Source: Chlamydiota bacterium (GTDB lineage: Bacteria > Chlamydiota > Chlamydiia > Chlamydiales > RGXB01). Taken from it: 64,000 bases of DNA. Under the pieces are notes generated by a model. It was given only the letters and a program-made list of their open reading frames with translations, was not told where the DNA came from and made no database searches. Of this stretch, positions 20,101-28,200 are shown piece by piece; position 1 is the first letter of the stretch, and each line of letters begins with the position of its first letter. The stretch is taken from the NCBI GenBank assembly GCA_947494155.1, contig CANLTW010000002.1:1488-65487 (forward strand), given 5' to 3'. The position numbers were made by a program, and so were the translations under genes.

Positions 20101-22776
20101 TCAGGAAAGTCCTCGTTAGCGATCCAAACTATATTTGCTGAAGGGCAAAGGCGCTACTATGAGACTTTGAATGCCTATGCGCGTCAGTTCATAGAGCAAA
20201 GCCCCAAACCCAAAGTGGAATCCATTCAAGGGCTGTCTGCATCGATAGTGATCGAACAAAAACGGCACGCAGGAAATCCCCGCTCTACAGTCGGTACAAT
20301 CACCGAAATTTTAGATTACTTGAGGATTCTCTATGCCAAAGAGGGGATAGCCGTTTGCCCCGAGACAAAAGAGAGGCTTGTACATGTTACCAAAGAATAC
20401 ATAGTAAACGAACTGCTCGAAAAATATCCGAACGAGAAATGTATTGTCTTGGCCCCTATAGTCCCTAAAAAAGAGGAGAGCTACAAAGAACTTTTTGACC
20501 GCTACCAAAAAGAGGGTTTTTTGCGTGTACGCGTACAGGGGGTCATTTATGAACTTGCAGATGAGTACCCGACTCTTAGCGGCCTTAAAGAGAGCTGCGA
20601 ACTTGTGATCGATAGAATCCAGATCCACACGTCTGGAAAAAAAAGATTGCTGGATGCAATTGAAACGGCGACACAAATCGATCCAAGATCGATCCTTTTT
20701 GAACTCAAAGATGGAGCAAAGTCCAAAAAAGAGCTACCTCCCCTTCTCCATTATTACCTTGCTTTCTCCGCCCCCACCACAAAAAAAACCTACCCAAAAA
20801 TAGAACCGAAAACCTTTTCCTTCAATGCGGATGAAGGGATGTGCACAACCTGCGAAGGGATTGGATCTTTAAGCACTGTCGATATAAAAGAGGTGCCTAA
20901 GCTTTTCAAAGCGACTCTTAAAGATATTTTGGATCAGGTTCTCCATTTTGCCTACAATCCGATCCGATCGATTCTTAAGCTTTTACAGGATGCAGGTATA
21001 GATCCAAAAGAGCGGCTCGATAAAATGTCTTTGCCCCACCTCTCTTTTGTTTTGGATGGGGGAAAAATTCCGGGGTCTCCATTAAGATGGATCGGGCTCC
21101 ACCCCTTTTTTGAACGGCTTTTCAGTTTTGGCAAACCTCAGCAAAAAGAGGCTTTGTTACCCCTCTGTCAGAATAAACCCTGCCCCAGTTGCAAAGGGAC
21201 GAGATTAAATCCATTAGCCTCCAACGTCCATATCTCCTCGGTAACCTTACCCGCGCTTTTGCGCATGCCTATCGATGAAGCTTTCGTGTTTATCTCCCAA
21301 ATTCAATCTGAACAAGACTTAAGTGAGGTTCTAGACCCTATTCAAGAGAAGCTCAGGTTGCTGATCCAAATCGGGGTAGAGTACCTTTCGCTAGATCGGA
21401 CATCTTTAACCCTATCGGGTGGTGAGATCCAAAGGATCCATTTGGCAAGACAGTTGGGTGTTAACCTGAGCAATTGCCTATATGTCCTTGATGAGCCCAG
21501 TATAGGATTGCACCCTCACGATCACAAAAAACTTCTCCAAGCGCTAATACAACTCAAAAATGAGGGGAATACCCTGCTTTTGGTAGAGCACGATCCGATG
21601 ACTCTTGAAATCGCAAAAACTATTTTTGAGTTTGGACCCGAAGGGGGAGAAAAAGGGGGGCGAATTCTTGCAAAGGGGAAATTGGAAGAGCTAAAAAAAG
21701 ATCCTCATAGCATCACTGGAAAAGTCTTACGAAAAGAACTTTTTTACCATCGACAAAAAAAGCCGATCGACTCTTTTACCGATTGGATTCAGGTGGAGAA
21801 TGCCACTAAATACTCATTAAAAAAAGTCGATGTAAAAATCCCCAAAAACAGGATTACAGCCCTCACTGGTGTATCGGGATCGGGTAAATCGACACTGATG
21901 CACGAGATTTTAGCCCCTATTTTGAAAAAAACCACCTCTTCAAGAAAACGTTTCGATAGTTTTACTATAGATGGGTGTTTGATCTCGAATATCAAAGAGT
22001 TCAAGCATCTGATCCTTGTCGATCAAAACCCTATCGGAACCACCTCAAGAGCCGACATCTGCTCCTACACAGAGCTTTTAGGGCATTTTCGCTCTTTTTA
22101 CAGCGAGCTCAAGGAGGCGCAAGCCTATGGACTAATGCCTCGCCATTTTAGCCCGAACCACATTCAAGGTATGTGCACCGAGTGTTATGGTTTAGGGCAT
22201 ATCGAGGTAAAGCTCCAACTTCTCCCGCCGGCCATAAAAATCTGCCCACTTTGTCAAGGAAAAAGACTCTCTTTAATCGCCCTCAAAATCAAATACCAGG
22301 GTTTAAGCCTAGGGGATCTTTTCCATATGCGCGCCGTGGATCTAGTGGACATTTTCTCTTTTCATCCAAAAGTTTCTGCAACGTTACAGCTTTTGATTGA
22401 CGTGGGGATGGGTCACCTTAGAATAGGGCAAGAGGTGCAAACTCTGTCCCATGGGGAGTCGCAAAGGCTGAGATTTGTACGAGAGTTAATCACCCCAACA
22501 AAAGGGCCAAGCCTGATTTTTCTAGATGAACCCACAACAGGCCTGCATGATGCCGATATTTTGAAGCTTTTACCAATTTTTGACCGATTGATCGAGCGCG
22601 GAGACACCCTCCTCATCATTGAGCATAATATCACCGTTTTAAAAGAGGTGGATTACCTGATCGAAATGGGGCCTAAGGCAGGTAAAGAAGGGGGGAAAAT
22701 TGTGGCCTATGGCCCTTATGATGTATTTGTAAAAAAACAAAAAGGGATCACAGCTCCCTATCTTCTGGATATTTAA
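17137..22776 (+). CDS. uvrA: Excinuclease ABC subunit A, internally duplicated (two complete UvrA units in one polypeptide)
   Basis: It has four Walker A sites (GVSGSGKSSLAFDT, GVSGSGKSSLVNDI, GPSGSGKSSLAIQT, GVSGSGKSTLMHEI). It has four ABC signatures (3 x LSGGExQR plus LSHGESQR). It also has multiple CxxC zinc modules. I prefer the ATG at 17137 over the TTG at 17101 that opens the listed ORF. Confidence 0.9.
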   Translation: MPHEEIILKNVCVHNLKGVDLTLKTNQLIVFAGVSGSGKSSLAFDTIYLEGQRRYLESLTTFAKRHIGGLKKPQADLIQGLTPCIAIEQKTIGRNPRSTVGTMTGIYDFLRVLYARVGLPRCPDSLEVLSKLSKEKIHQIILQDHLGEAIYILAPVIENKRTESKELIQGFYKKGYTQARLNGKWIELDSETEIDQHQNTQLQIVVDRIKVEIKGEKRLMEAIDNALRIGQKKMSIVDRDSGKESFFSTESYSFLSKKGYPTLEPFHFSFNHPEGMCPDCQGLGTEKTFHLEGLIDFEKSIPEGALDAITPFATQIWGNIYTNLAKIGRFNLNTPLKDLPDKAKKILFDGVEEKYLTMTFIHPKTKERSTQYISWKGIKDELKKRYNEAKSDQYKEKLKEFVIDIPCSACQGARIDRFPRVTLFQGKMIHELTFYSLLELQEFFLNCTLDPLDVPIAQELIREIQRRLFFLIDVGVGYLSLERTSSTLSGGEAQRVRLASQLGQGLVGTTYILDEPSIGLHPADNLKLLKTLRNLTQQGNTVIVVEHDEETIRHADTIVDVGPYGGEAGGRIVGFGKVQDLMEAKESITGKYLSRSSQIPVPKKRRKPTGFLQIKGASHHNLKNIDVAFPLGVFCAVTGVSGSGKSSLVNDILYPVASNHLMQSRLSHGAYAGIEGLEQLDKVIMIDQQPIGKTPRSNPATYIKVFDAIRDLFASLPESLALGFKAGRFSFNVKEGSCLTCKGMGLIRIDMDFLEDSWVECPHCAGERFDPRTLSVKFKGKNIYEVLELSVDEALTLFAAIPMIAKKLETLQQVGLGYMKIGQSSTTLSGGEAQRIKLAKELSRPSTSKTLYLLDEPSTGLHFDDIKKMIKILERLVDKQNTVVVIEHNLDLIKIADWIIDLGPKGGKEGGFIMGEGTPEMLSEKSSLTGQFVKDALNDSLQFYTHQVVSDEKPITHIEVKNATQNHLKNIDITIERNEITAFTGPSGSGKSSLAIQTIFAEGQRRYYETLNAYARQFIEQSPKPKVESIQGLSASIVIEQKRHAGNPRSTVGTITEILDYLRILYAKEGIAVCPETKERLVHVTKEYIVNELLEKYPNEKCIVLAPIVPKKEESYKELFDRYQKEGFLRVRVQGVIYELADEYPTLSGLKESCELVIDRIQIHTSGKKRLLDAIETATQIDPRSILFELKDGAKSKKELPPLLHYYLAFSAPTTKKTYPKIEPKTFSFNADEGMCTTCEGIGSLSTVDIKEVPKLFKATLKDILDQVLHFAYNPIRSILKLLQDAGIDPKERLDKMSLPHLSFVLDGGKIPGSPLRWIGLHPFFERLFSFGKPQQKEALLPLCQNKPCPSCKGTRLNPLASNVHISSVTLPALLRMPIDEAFVFISQIQSEQDLSEVLDPIQEKLRLLIQIGVEYLSLDRTSLTLSGGEIQRIHLARQLGVNLSNCLYVLDEPSIGLHPHDHKKLLQALIQLKNEGNTLLLVEHDPMTLEIAKTIFEFGPEGGEKGGRILAKGKLEELKKDPHSITGKVLRKELFYHRQKKPIDSFTDWIQVENATKYSLKKVDVKIPKNRITALTGVSGSGKSTLMHEILAPILKKTTSSRKRFDSFTIDGCLISNIKEFKHLILVDQNPIGTTSRADICSYTELLGHFRSFYSELKEAQAYGLMPRHFSPNHIQGMCTECYGLGHIEVKLQLLPPAIKICPLCQGKRLSLIALKIKYQGLSLGDLFHMRAVDLVDIFSFHPKVSATLQLLIDVGMGHLRIGQEVQTLSHGESQRLRFVRELITPTKGPSLIFLDEPTTGLHDADILKLLPIFDRLIERGDTLLIIEHNITVLKEVDYLIEMGPKAGKEGGKIVAYGPYDVFVKKQKGITAPYLLDI

Positions 22777-22862
22777 GATATTTATCATTTACACCTACAG
22801 AGCTTTATTTTGTAAAATAAATATTTTAATTTGATCTACTCTTCCCTTAAAGGGGGTGAGTC

Positions 22863-22871
22863 TGCTAGACT
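22863..22871 (+). promoter_or_regulatory. Extended -10 element (TGcTAGACT) in front of the SRP RNA
   Basis: TG lies at 22863-22864 and TAGACT at 22866-22871. This places a transcription start about 6-8 nt downstream, at the predicted 5' end of the SRP RNA closing helix. Confidence 0.35.
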
Positions 22872-22875
22872 AGGT

Positions 22876-22968
22876 ACGAGGATTGGCTGAGCGGTACAGC
22901 TCGAACTGAGTCAGGGCGGGAACGCAGCAGCTATAAGAGCACTGACTGCGGCAGCCAATTCCTCTTTT
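22876..22968 (+). ncRNA. ffs: Small bacterial signal recognition particle RNA (4.5S/ffs)
   Basis: The conserved domain IV core is present: UCAGGGCG-GGAA-CGCAGCAGC, compared with E. coli GUCAGGUCCGGAAGGAAGCAGCC as I remember it. It includes a GGAA tetraloop. A terminal helix is formed by GAGGATTGGCTG (22878-22889) pairing with CAGCCAATTCCTC (22952-22964). A T-run follows. The ends are approximate. Confidence 0.75.
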
Positions 22969-22970
22969 TC

Positions 22971-23924
22971 TTAAAATAGATCCCACTCCACACTTATTGT
23001 TGCGCCATAGAAAACATAGTGATTCTTTCTGTCTATCGACGACCTCTGAAAACCCCTACCCGGTTGAGAAACGGCCGAACCAAGGTAGTTTAACCACTGA
23101 CCTCCAAAAGCCCCTTTTATTCTCAAACTATCAAAAAGGTTGATTCCTAAGAAAACATCCCCTTGAAAGATTGTGCTAGGCCACACATTTTTAGCAACGT
23201 AACTGAAATTTTGCATAGCGCTTATAGGGATGCTCTGCGAAATAGTAGATACCTGTTTATAAATATCTGCATAGACTCCGAAAGAACCCCTTAGTCCCCA
23301 GATAAAAGGCTCAGGCGTTCCAATCCATTCTCCGTAGGCCCTTAACCCGGCAAAATGGTTTGTGGATTGTATGGAGTACTCTTTTAAAAAAGTCACAGAA
23401 CTTATCGTTTGGTCTAACTTATCCTGTAAATAAATATAAGACGGACCTAAAAGTCCTCTCACCCCAAAAAACTTGTCATAGAGAGGAGAAATGTTCCATA
23501 AAAACAATAGATCTGCCGATTCGTAGCGCATTTTGTAATCCTCAATCACCTGGGATCCGCCTGTAAAGGGGATGGGAGATGACGGGGTAATGGCAAGGCT
23601 ATAGGTGAATGCGTTTGATGTAGTGGAGATCGCATACACTCTACTCCATTGTAAAAGGCCTAAATAGCGCCCCTCAATTCCATACTCATCGGTAGGTAGA
23701 ATCGCCATTCTTGCAAAAAGCCCGGGAACCCACTGATTGATCTTAGCCACATCCTGCGCATTGATAACCGGTGTTTCTTTGCCTGCAGTAATTTGGTAGG
23801 TTAAAGTTGTCAAGGGGAGACTCTGCCTTGTCCAGGGTATGATTCCCGCTTCTAGTTCTAAATGCTTCACGTCGGCTGAAATACAACCAAAACCCCATAC
23901 ACATGATAGTAAAAAGCGTTTCAT
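22971..23924 (-). CDS. Putative outer-membrane beta-barrel protein (porin/MOMP-like)
   Basis: It has a signal peptide from the ATG at 23924 (MKRFLLSCVWGFGCISA). Alternating amphipathic beta-strand patterns are rich in Y, G and F. The C-terminus ends in an aromatic residue (SVEWDLF). Confidence 0.5.
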   Translation of the reverse strand: MKRFLLSCVWGFGCISADVKHLELEAGIIPWTRQSLPLTTLTYQITAGKETPVINAQDVAKINQWVPGLFARMAILPTDEYGIEGRYLGLLQWSRVYAISTTSNAFTYSLAITPSSPIPFTGGSQVIEDYKMRYESADLLFLWNISPLYDKFFGVRGLLGPSYIYLQDKLDQTISSVTFLKEYSIQSTNHFAGLRAYGEWIGTPEPFIWGLRGSFGVYADIYKQVSTISQSIPISAMQNFSYVAKNVWPSTIFQGDVFLGINLFDSLRIKGAFGGQWLNYLGSAVSQPGRGFQRSSIDRKNHYVFYGATISVEWDLF

Positions 23925-24209
23925 AGAAAAATCCTTCAACAAAAAATCTTAAAAATCCAAAAAACTAAAAGAGAGGTCTTAATCATTTTAAAAACGATTT
24001 TCTTCAAAAGTTCAAAAAGGGAAATATTCATCCCAAAAAAATTCTAAGATCCTGTTCAAGTAAACCTAAAAGAATATTTTTTAAGCAACAATCCTTGAAA
24101 ATTTTGCAAAAAAATAACGGCTGTTCTTTCCTTAAAGGTTAATAAATTCTTAAAAAGTTGTTGATTAGAAATCTAATAAACCTTTTAAAATACCGCAAAA
24201 AAGGGTTTT

Positions 24210-27041
24210 ATGCTGCAAGGTATCAAAGGGTTTGTAGGGAGCACCACATCGCATCTTCTGACAGGTCTGGGTAGACAACTTGGAGGGCATATTGTGCAAC
24301 GTGTCGCCGGACCCGTACCAAAAGGTATGGAAGAACTTTTACAACTTTGTCAAACGACCCGCACACAAGAAGAGGTGCAACATCTTGCAGGAAGGATCCA
24401 AACTCTAACCCTAAACCCGCAAAATCTTGCCATAAAAAAAACCCTAGAGGGTTGGTACGCGTTAATTTTATCTGCTCAAAAGGAAGATATTCCCCAAATT
24501 TTGCAAAAAATCCAAAATGAAATAGAACAAACCATTCTCCTTCAGACTCCACTGATTGGACACATCTCCTCCCACATGAGCCAAATTCTCAATCAAGCTT
24601 TAAAAGTAGCACCCCCACATATTCTTGATGCGAAACAGCAGCTCTCTTTTAAAAATCGGCACCAGCCTTTTGACAAAGAGAATTTGCGCCAACAGCTTCT
24701 TTTGTGCAGAGATAAAGAGGTTTGGAGTTCTGAGCAAAAACAAATCTTGCAAATGGCAGTCGATTGCCTTTCCACTGATGAAGGGGTCGTAGATTGGCAC
24801 GGAGTACAACTCCTTTTGTCTCAAAAAGAGGCTGAGCTCAATGGCGCATTTGCGCAAAGCTCTGAAAATGTCCGTTGCAAAACACAGCTCCTTTTATCCG
24901 ATTGCCTCAGTACTGTCGGAACAGGGCTTTTCAAACAGGCCGATCCCCTCCGCACAAAGATAGATAACTGTATGGCTCTTTTGCGTAGCATTCTCAACTC
25001 TCAAAAGCCCCAGATGCACCAGCCTACTCTTATGGATACTCTTGAAAACCTGGTTCTGTTTTTAGAAGATGTTTTTCAAGATGACGTGCATTTTCAGGCC
25101 CATCTAAAAGAATTCCAAGAGCTTCTAGTCGAAAAAAATTCCCGAGAACTCCCACCAGAAAAATATTTTCAAAGACTGTATTTGAATCTACAGAAATTCC
25201 TCCCCTACTTTGAATCCTCTGGAGTCGCTGTTCAATTTTTTGAAACTACCTCATCGCTTTTCTTTGGAAATCATCAAGAAAGGAGAAAAGGGCTCCACCC
25301 CCTAGCGATTCCCTACAATTTTTCCCAAACCAATCTAATTGAGCTCCAAAATTCCCCTCGAAGGATCACCCCAAAATTAAAAGGAGTCCCCCTGTCTTTA
25401 GAGGCAGGAGGGGCTCAACAGGCAACAGGTTCTTTAGACGCCCCTCCTGTGAATCTCTCGTTCGAAATCAGATCTTTTCTCCAAGAGAACAAAACCTCCC
25501 TATACCTCCAGTTTGTGGGGAAAATGGTGGAAATTCCCCAAAACTTTTCCTCAAAAGAGAAAGATTTTACTAAGATTAGCAATGAAATATCGCTAAGCTT
25601 TATAGAGGGGAGCTGTAGAGTCCTACCCCCTCTAAAAGAGGTTTTAGCCAAGCGATTTGATAAGGTTTACGATACTCTTATCCAAAAAATCTCCAATTGC
25701 TGGGTACCTAAAATCTTAGAAAATCTAAAAGGGTTCGATGCAACGGGACAGGGTGCTGCTAATGTCAGCCCACTAAAAAATCTTATAAGAACAGTGAACC
25801 AGCTCTCAAGGGATCTAGATAGTTATGGCCAATCACAAACGGTCCTGATGAGGGAAGATTACCTTAAAGAGAGAAGGATTAACAACAAAAGAGGATTTTT
25901 TTCCTCTTTAAAGACAGGGTGGAAAATCGGGGGGTTTTTGACCGATTTTTTAGTTGAGGCTCTTAAAGTACAACCCACCAATCCCGTCAATAGAGTGAAA
26001 AAAATCCAAAATCCGATAACAGCCCCCTTTTCCAAAATACTTGACGTCACAATTGCTATAAGCAACTGGTTACTCAAGAAAGCCCTCTTGGCCACTCTTC
26101 GCTTAAGTTTGAGTTTTATTCCCTACTATCTGATCACCGAAAAAGTTTTAGATCATCTGTTAACTACACAACGATTGCAAAAAATGTATAGATCTTTAAC
26201 TGAGGCGGTTCTAGAGGATTTTCGACAGGGAAATAGAAGTCTTATTGATCTTGAGTTGGGAAAAAGGGTAGATTCCAAAGTCTCAAAAGAGCTGGTTAAA
26301 AGCTTGATTGGGCTCATCCCCAAAAATGAGGGGTGCGATATTTCCGGGCTCAAAGAGAATCCTTTTATGTTACTTCCCTCGATTGCAAGGGGATTTATCT
26401 ACGACAAAGCGACTGAGGGAGTCTGCATGCTATGGGAAAATATGATACACCCCAAGACGGGTAAAATGATGGAGACCTCCCTTGGTAACCTCTTAAAAAA
26501 GATTAATTCCAACACCAGTCCTCTCGATCTGGAGCTTAGTGTGCAAATACCCCTTCCTATTCAGGATATTGAGCATGCCCTAAGCACCTATATCGCTACA
26601 GAAATACTGAAACCAAAAGGGACAGCTGGCGAAGAGGAGATGTTTTTAAAACTCAAAGAACAGATTTTGGACTTACCCGATTATGATGATAATCCCTTCA
26701 ATTTTCAGCTGGTCTTCAAACAACTGGTTAAAGATATAATGGATGCTGGCCAACAAAAAAAACCTGTGATCTTTGGGAGCAACTACCACCGTGTTCTTCA
26801 CCATCTACAATTAGTTCACATATCTTTGGATTCCATGCAAAACCCGACCAAAAAAGTCGAAATTTTAAAAAAAGACGCACAAAACATACAATACGAACAC
26901 CCACTTGAGCCGCAGAAAATGCAGCATGGGGATGAAGCAATAGCTTTTGCTATCCATTTAGGAATGTATCAAATAAGGGAATGGCTTACAGACAGAGAAT
27001 TTTTCAAAAGAGTTCTCTACGATCAACTGCTCCCATCTTAA
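24210..27041 (+). CDS. Large hypothetical protein (943 aa), mostly helical, no family recognised
   Basis: A 943-codon open frame in a genome that appears, by eye, to be of moderate GC content. Codon usage resembles its neighbours. It is preceded by a 267-nt AT-rich intergenic region. No signal peptide and no recognisable motifs were seen. Confidence 0.6.
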   Translation: MLQGIKGFVGSTTSHLLTGLGRQLGGHIVQRVAGPVPKGMEELLQLCQTTRTQEEVQHLAGRIQTLTLNPQNLAIKKTLEGWYALILSAQKEDIPQILQKIQNEIEQTILLQTPLIGHISSHMSQILNQALKVAPPHILDAKQQLSFKNRHQPFDKENLRQQLLLCRDKEVWSSEQKQILQMAVDCLSTDEGVVDWHGVQLLLSQKEAELNGAFAQSSENVRCKTQLLLSDCLSTVGTGLFKQADPLRTKIDNCMALLRSILNSQKPQMHQPTLMDTLENLVLFLEDVFQDDVHFQAHLKEFQELLVEKNSRELPPEKYFQRLYLNLQKFLPYFESSGVAVQFFETTSSLFFGNHQERRKGLHPLAIPYNFSQTNLIELQNSPRRITPKLKGVPLSLEAGGAQQATGSLDAPPVNLSFEIRSFLQENKTSLYLQFVGKMVEIPQNFSSKEKDFTKISNEISLSFIEGSCRVLPPLKEVLAKRFDKVYDTLIQKISNCWVPKILENLKGFDATGQGAANVSPLKNLIRTVNQLSRDLDSYGQSQTVLMREDYLKERRINNKRGFFSSLKTGWKIGGFLTDFLVEALKVQPTNPVNRVKKIQNPITAPFSKILDVTIAISNWLLKKALLATLRLSLSFIPYYLITEKVLDHLLTTQRLQKMYRSLTEAVLEDFRQGNRSLIDLELGKRVDSKVSKELVKSLIGLIPKNEGCDISGLKENPFMLLPSIARGFIYDKATEGVCMLWENMIHPKTGKMMETSLGNLLKKINSNTSPLDLELSVQIPLPIQDIEHALSTYIATEILKPKGTAGEEEMFLKLKEQILDLPDYDDNPFNFQLVFKQLVKDIMDAGQQKKPVIFGSNYHRVLHHLQLVHISLDSMQNPTKKVEILKKDAQNIQYEHPLEPQKMQHGDEAIAFAIHLGMYQIREWLTDREFFKRVLYDQLLPS

Positions 27042-27050
27042 AATGGGTAT

Positions 27051-27089
27051 ACATCTGCCCTAATCCCTTAAGACAGATGTAAACTTTTT
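27051..27089 (+). terminator. Candidate terminator hairpin after the 943-aa ORF
   Basis: A 7-bp stem (ACATCTG at 27051-27057 and CAGATGT at 27074-27080) is followed by AAACTTTTT. The 16-nt loop is large, so confidence is modest. Confidence 0.35.
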
Positions 27090-27097
27090 GACAGAAA

Positions 27098-27247
27098 TTA
27101 TCTGTTTTTACCGTTTTTAGAACACTTATCACATTTGTCGCAATTTTGTGACTTGCTGTTGTTCTTTTTATTCATTTGTCCATTTGCGCATGATACTAGA
27201 CCTGCGGATGCTAAAGCGAATATCGCCAGAGTTAAAAACTTTTTCAT
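27098..27247 (-). CDS. Small Cys-rich lipoprotein (49 aa), below the ORF-track cutoff
   Basis: My hand translation is MKKFLTLAIFALASAGLVSCANGQMNKKNNSKSQNCDKCDKCSKNGKNR. It has a signal peptide with lipobox L-V-S-C. An AGAGG Shine-Dalgarno lies 5 nt upstream of the ATG (27253-27257, read on the minus strand). The gene sits alone in a 360-nt gap. Confidence 0.55.
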   Translation of the reverse strand: MKKFLTLAIFALASAGLVSCANGQMNKKNNSKSQNCDKCDKCSKNGKNR

Positions 27248-27268
27248 ATATACCTCTCTACTTCTTTT

Positions 27269-27297
27269 ATTTAAAAAATTTTAGTATATTCTGACAA
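27269..27297 (-). promoter_or_regulatory. Candidate promoter of the small lipoprotein gene (TTGTCA-17 nt-TTAAAT on the minus strand)
   Basis: The -35 TTGTCA is the complement of 27292-27297. A 17-nt spacer follows. The -10 TTAAAT is the complement of 27269-27274. This would give a roughly 15-nt leader that contains the SD. Confidence 0.35.
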
Positions 27298-27405
27298 GAA
27301 AAATTAAAAAATTTTTTTTAAATAGCTGATAAACAGGGTGTTTAGAGAGGGATAATTCCCCTTATTTTTCTTAAATAAACAAAAAATTGTGGCGAAAGCT
27401 AGAGG

Positions 27406-28200
27406 TTATGGGGTTTTTGGATGGGAAAAAAATTGGTCGAACTCCCTAGGAGCTGGGGATTCAACAAATATTTTTTCACCCGTGAAGGGATGAATGAACT
27501 CTAAAGACGTGCTATGGAGTAGCATCCGCGGAAAGCGCACCTCTTTTTTCCCATAGAGGAGGTCTCCGACAATAGGGAACCCCACTGCGCTCAAATGAAC
27601 TCTGATCTGATGCGTTCTCCCTGTGATCGGCGCACACTCCAAGAGTGTGGCATTCTTTCCAAAGAACAGGGGTTTGGTATTTGTGCTCGCTTTTGCCCCC
27701 AGCTTAGACACGCCAAACCGCTCAAAGCCCGCAACTCGTCCCAGGCGTGCGATAGGCAAATCTATCAATACGGGTTTAAGATAGTTTCCGTGTACAATAG
27801 CCAAGTACCTTTTGCTTATTTTTCTCTCTTTAAAAAGAGCTTCAAAAGCGGCCTTAGCCTCGAGTGTTTTAGCCTGAATGAGAAGACCAGAGGTCTCTTT
27901 ATCCAACCGATGCACAAGACCCTTAAAGCGCTTTGGATCACTAAGAACACCTACCGGTTTATCCCATATTACGATAAAAGGATCCTCATAAACCGCAACA
28001 ATTTTTTCCGGTTTTTTGGGAGCACTATTCTCCTCAGGAATCCTGAGTTCCACCCTATCTTTTGACGAACAGACTGTCGTTGCAATCCGATGCATTTTTC
28101 CATTTAAAAACGCAAATCCCTGGTCAATAGCTGAACGGATCTTGGTCTTTGTGAGTTTTTGGTGATGGACCTCAAAAAGGAGATCTACGAATTTTTCCAC
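27406..28200 (-). CDS. RluA-family 23S rRNA pseudouridine synthase (RluD/RluC-like)
   Basis: It has an S4-like N-terminus and the catalytic motif HRLDKETSGLL. The downstream motif TGRTHQIRVHL is also present. Confidence 0.85.
   Translation of the reverse strand: MEKFVDLLFEVHHQKLTKTKIRSAIDQGFAFLNGKMHRIATTVCSSKDRVELRIPEENSAPKKPEKIVAVYEDPFIVIWDKPVGVLSDPKRFKGLVHRLDKETSGLLIQAKTLEAKAAFEALFKERKISKRYLAIVHGNYLKPVLIDLPIARLGRVAGFERFGVSKLGAKASTNTKPLFFGKNATLLECAPITGRTHQIRVHLSAVGFPIVGDLLYGKKEVRFPRMLLHSTSLEFIHPFTGEKIFVESPAPREFDQFFSHPKTP

Noticed and set aside
22790-22850. An AT-only palindrome (TTATTTTGTAAAATAA...) after uvrA, considered as an intrinsic terminator.
   Set aside because: The stem is purely A/T and short, and no clear T-run follows. 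It is too weak to call from sequence alone.
27595-28065. A 156-aa plus-strand ORF.
   Set aside because: It is fully embedded antisense in the RluA-family pseudouridine synthase gene, which has clear catalytic motifs. The composition of the plus-strand product is implausible.
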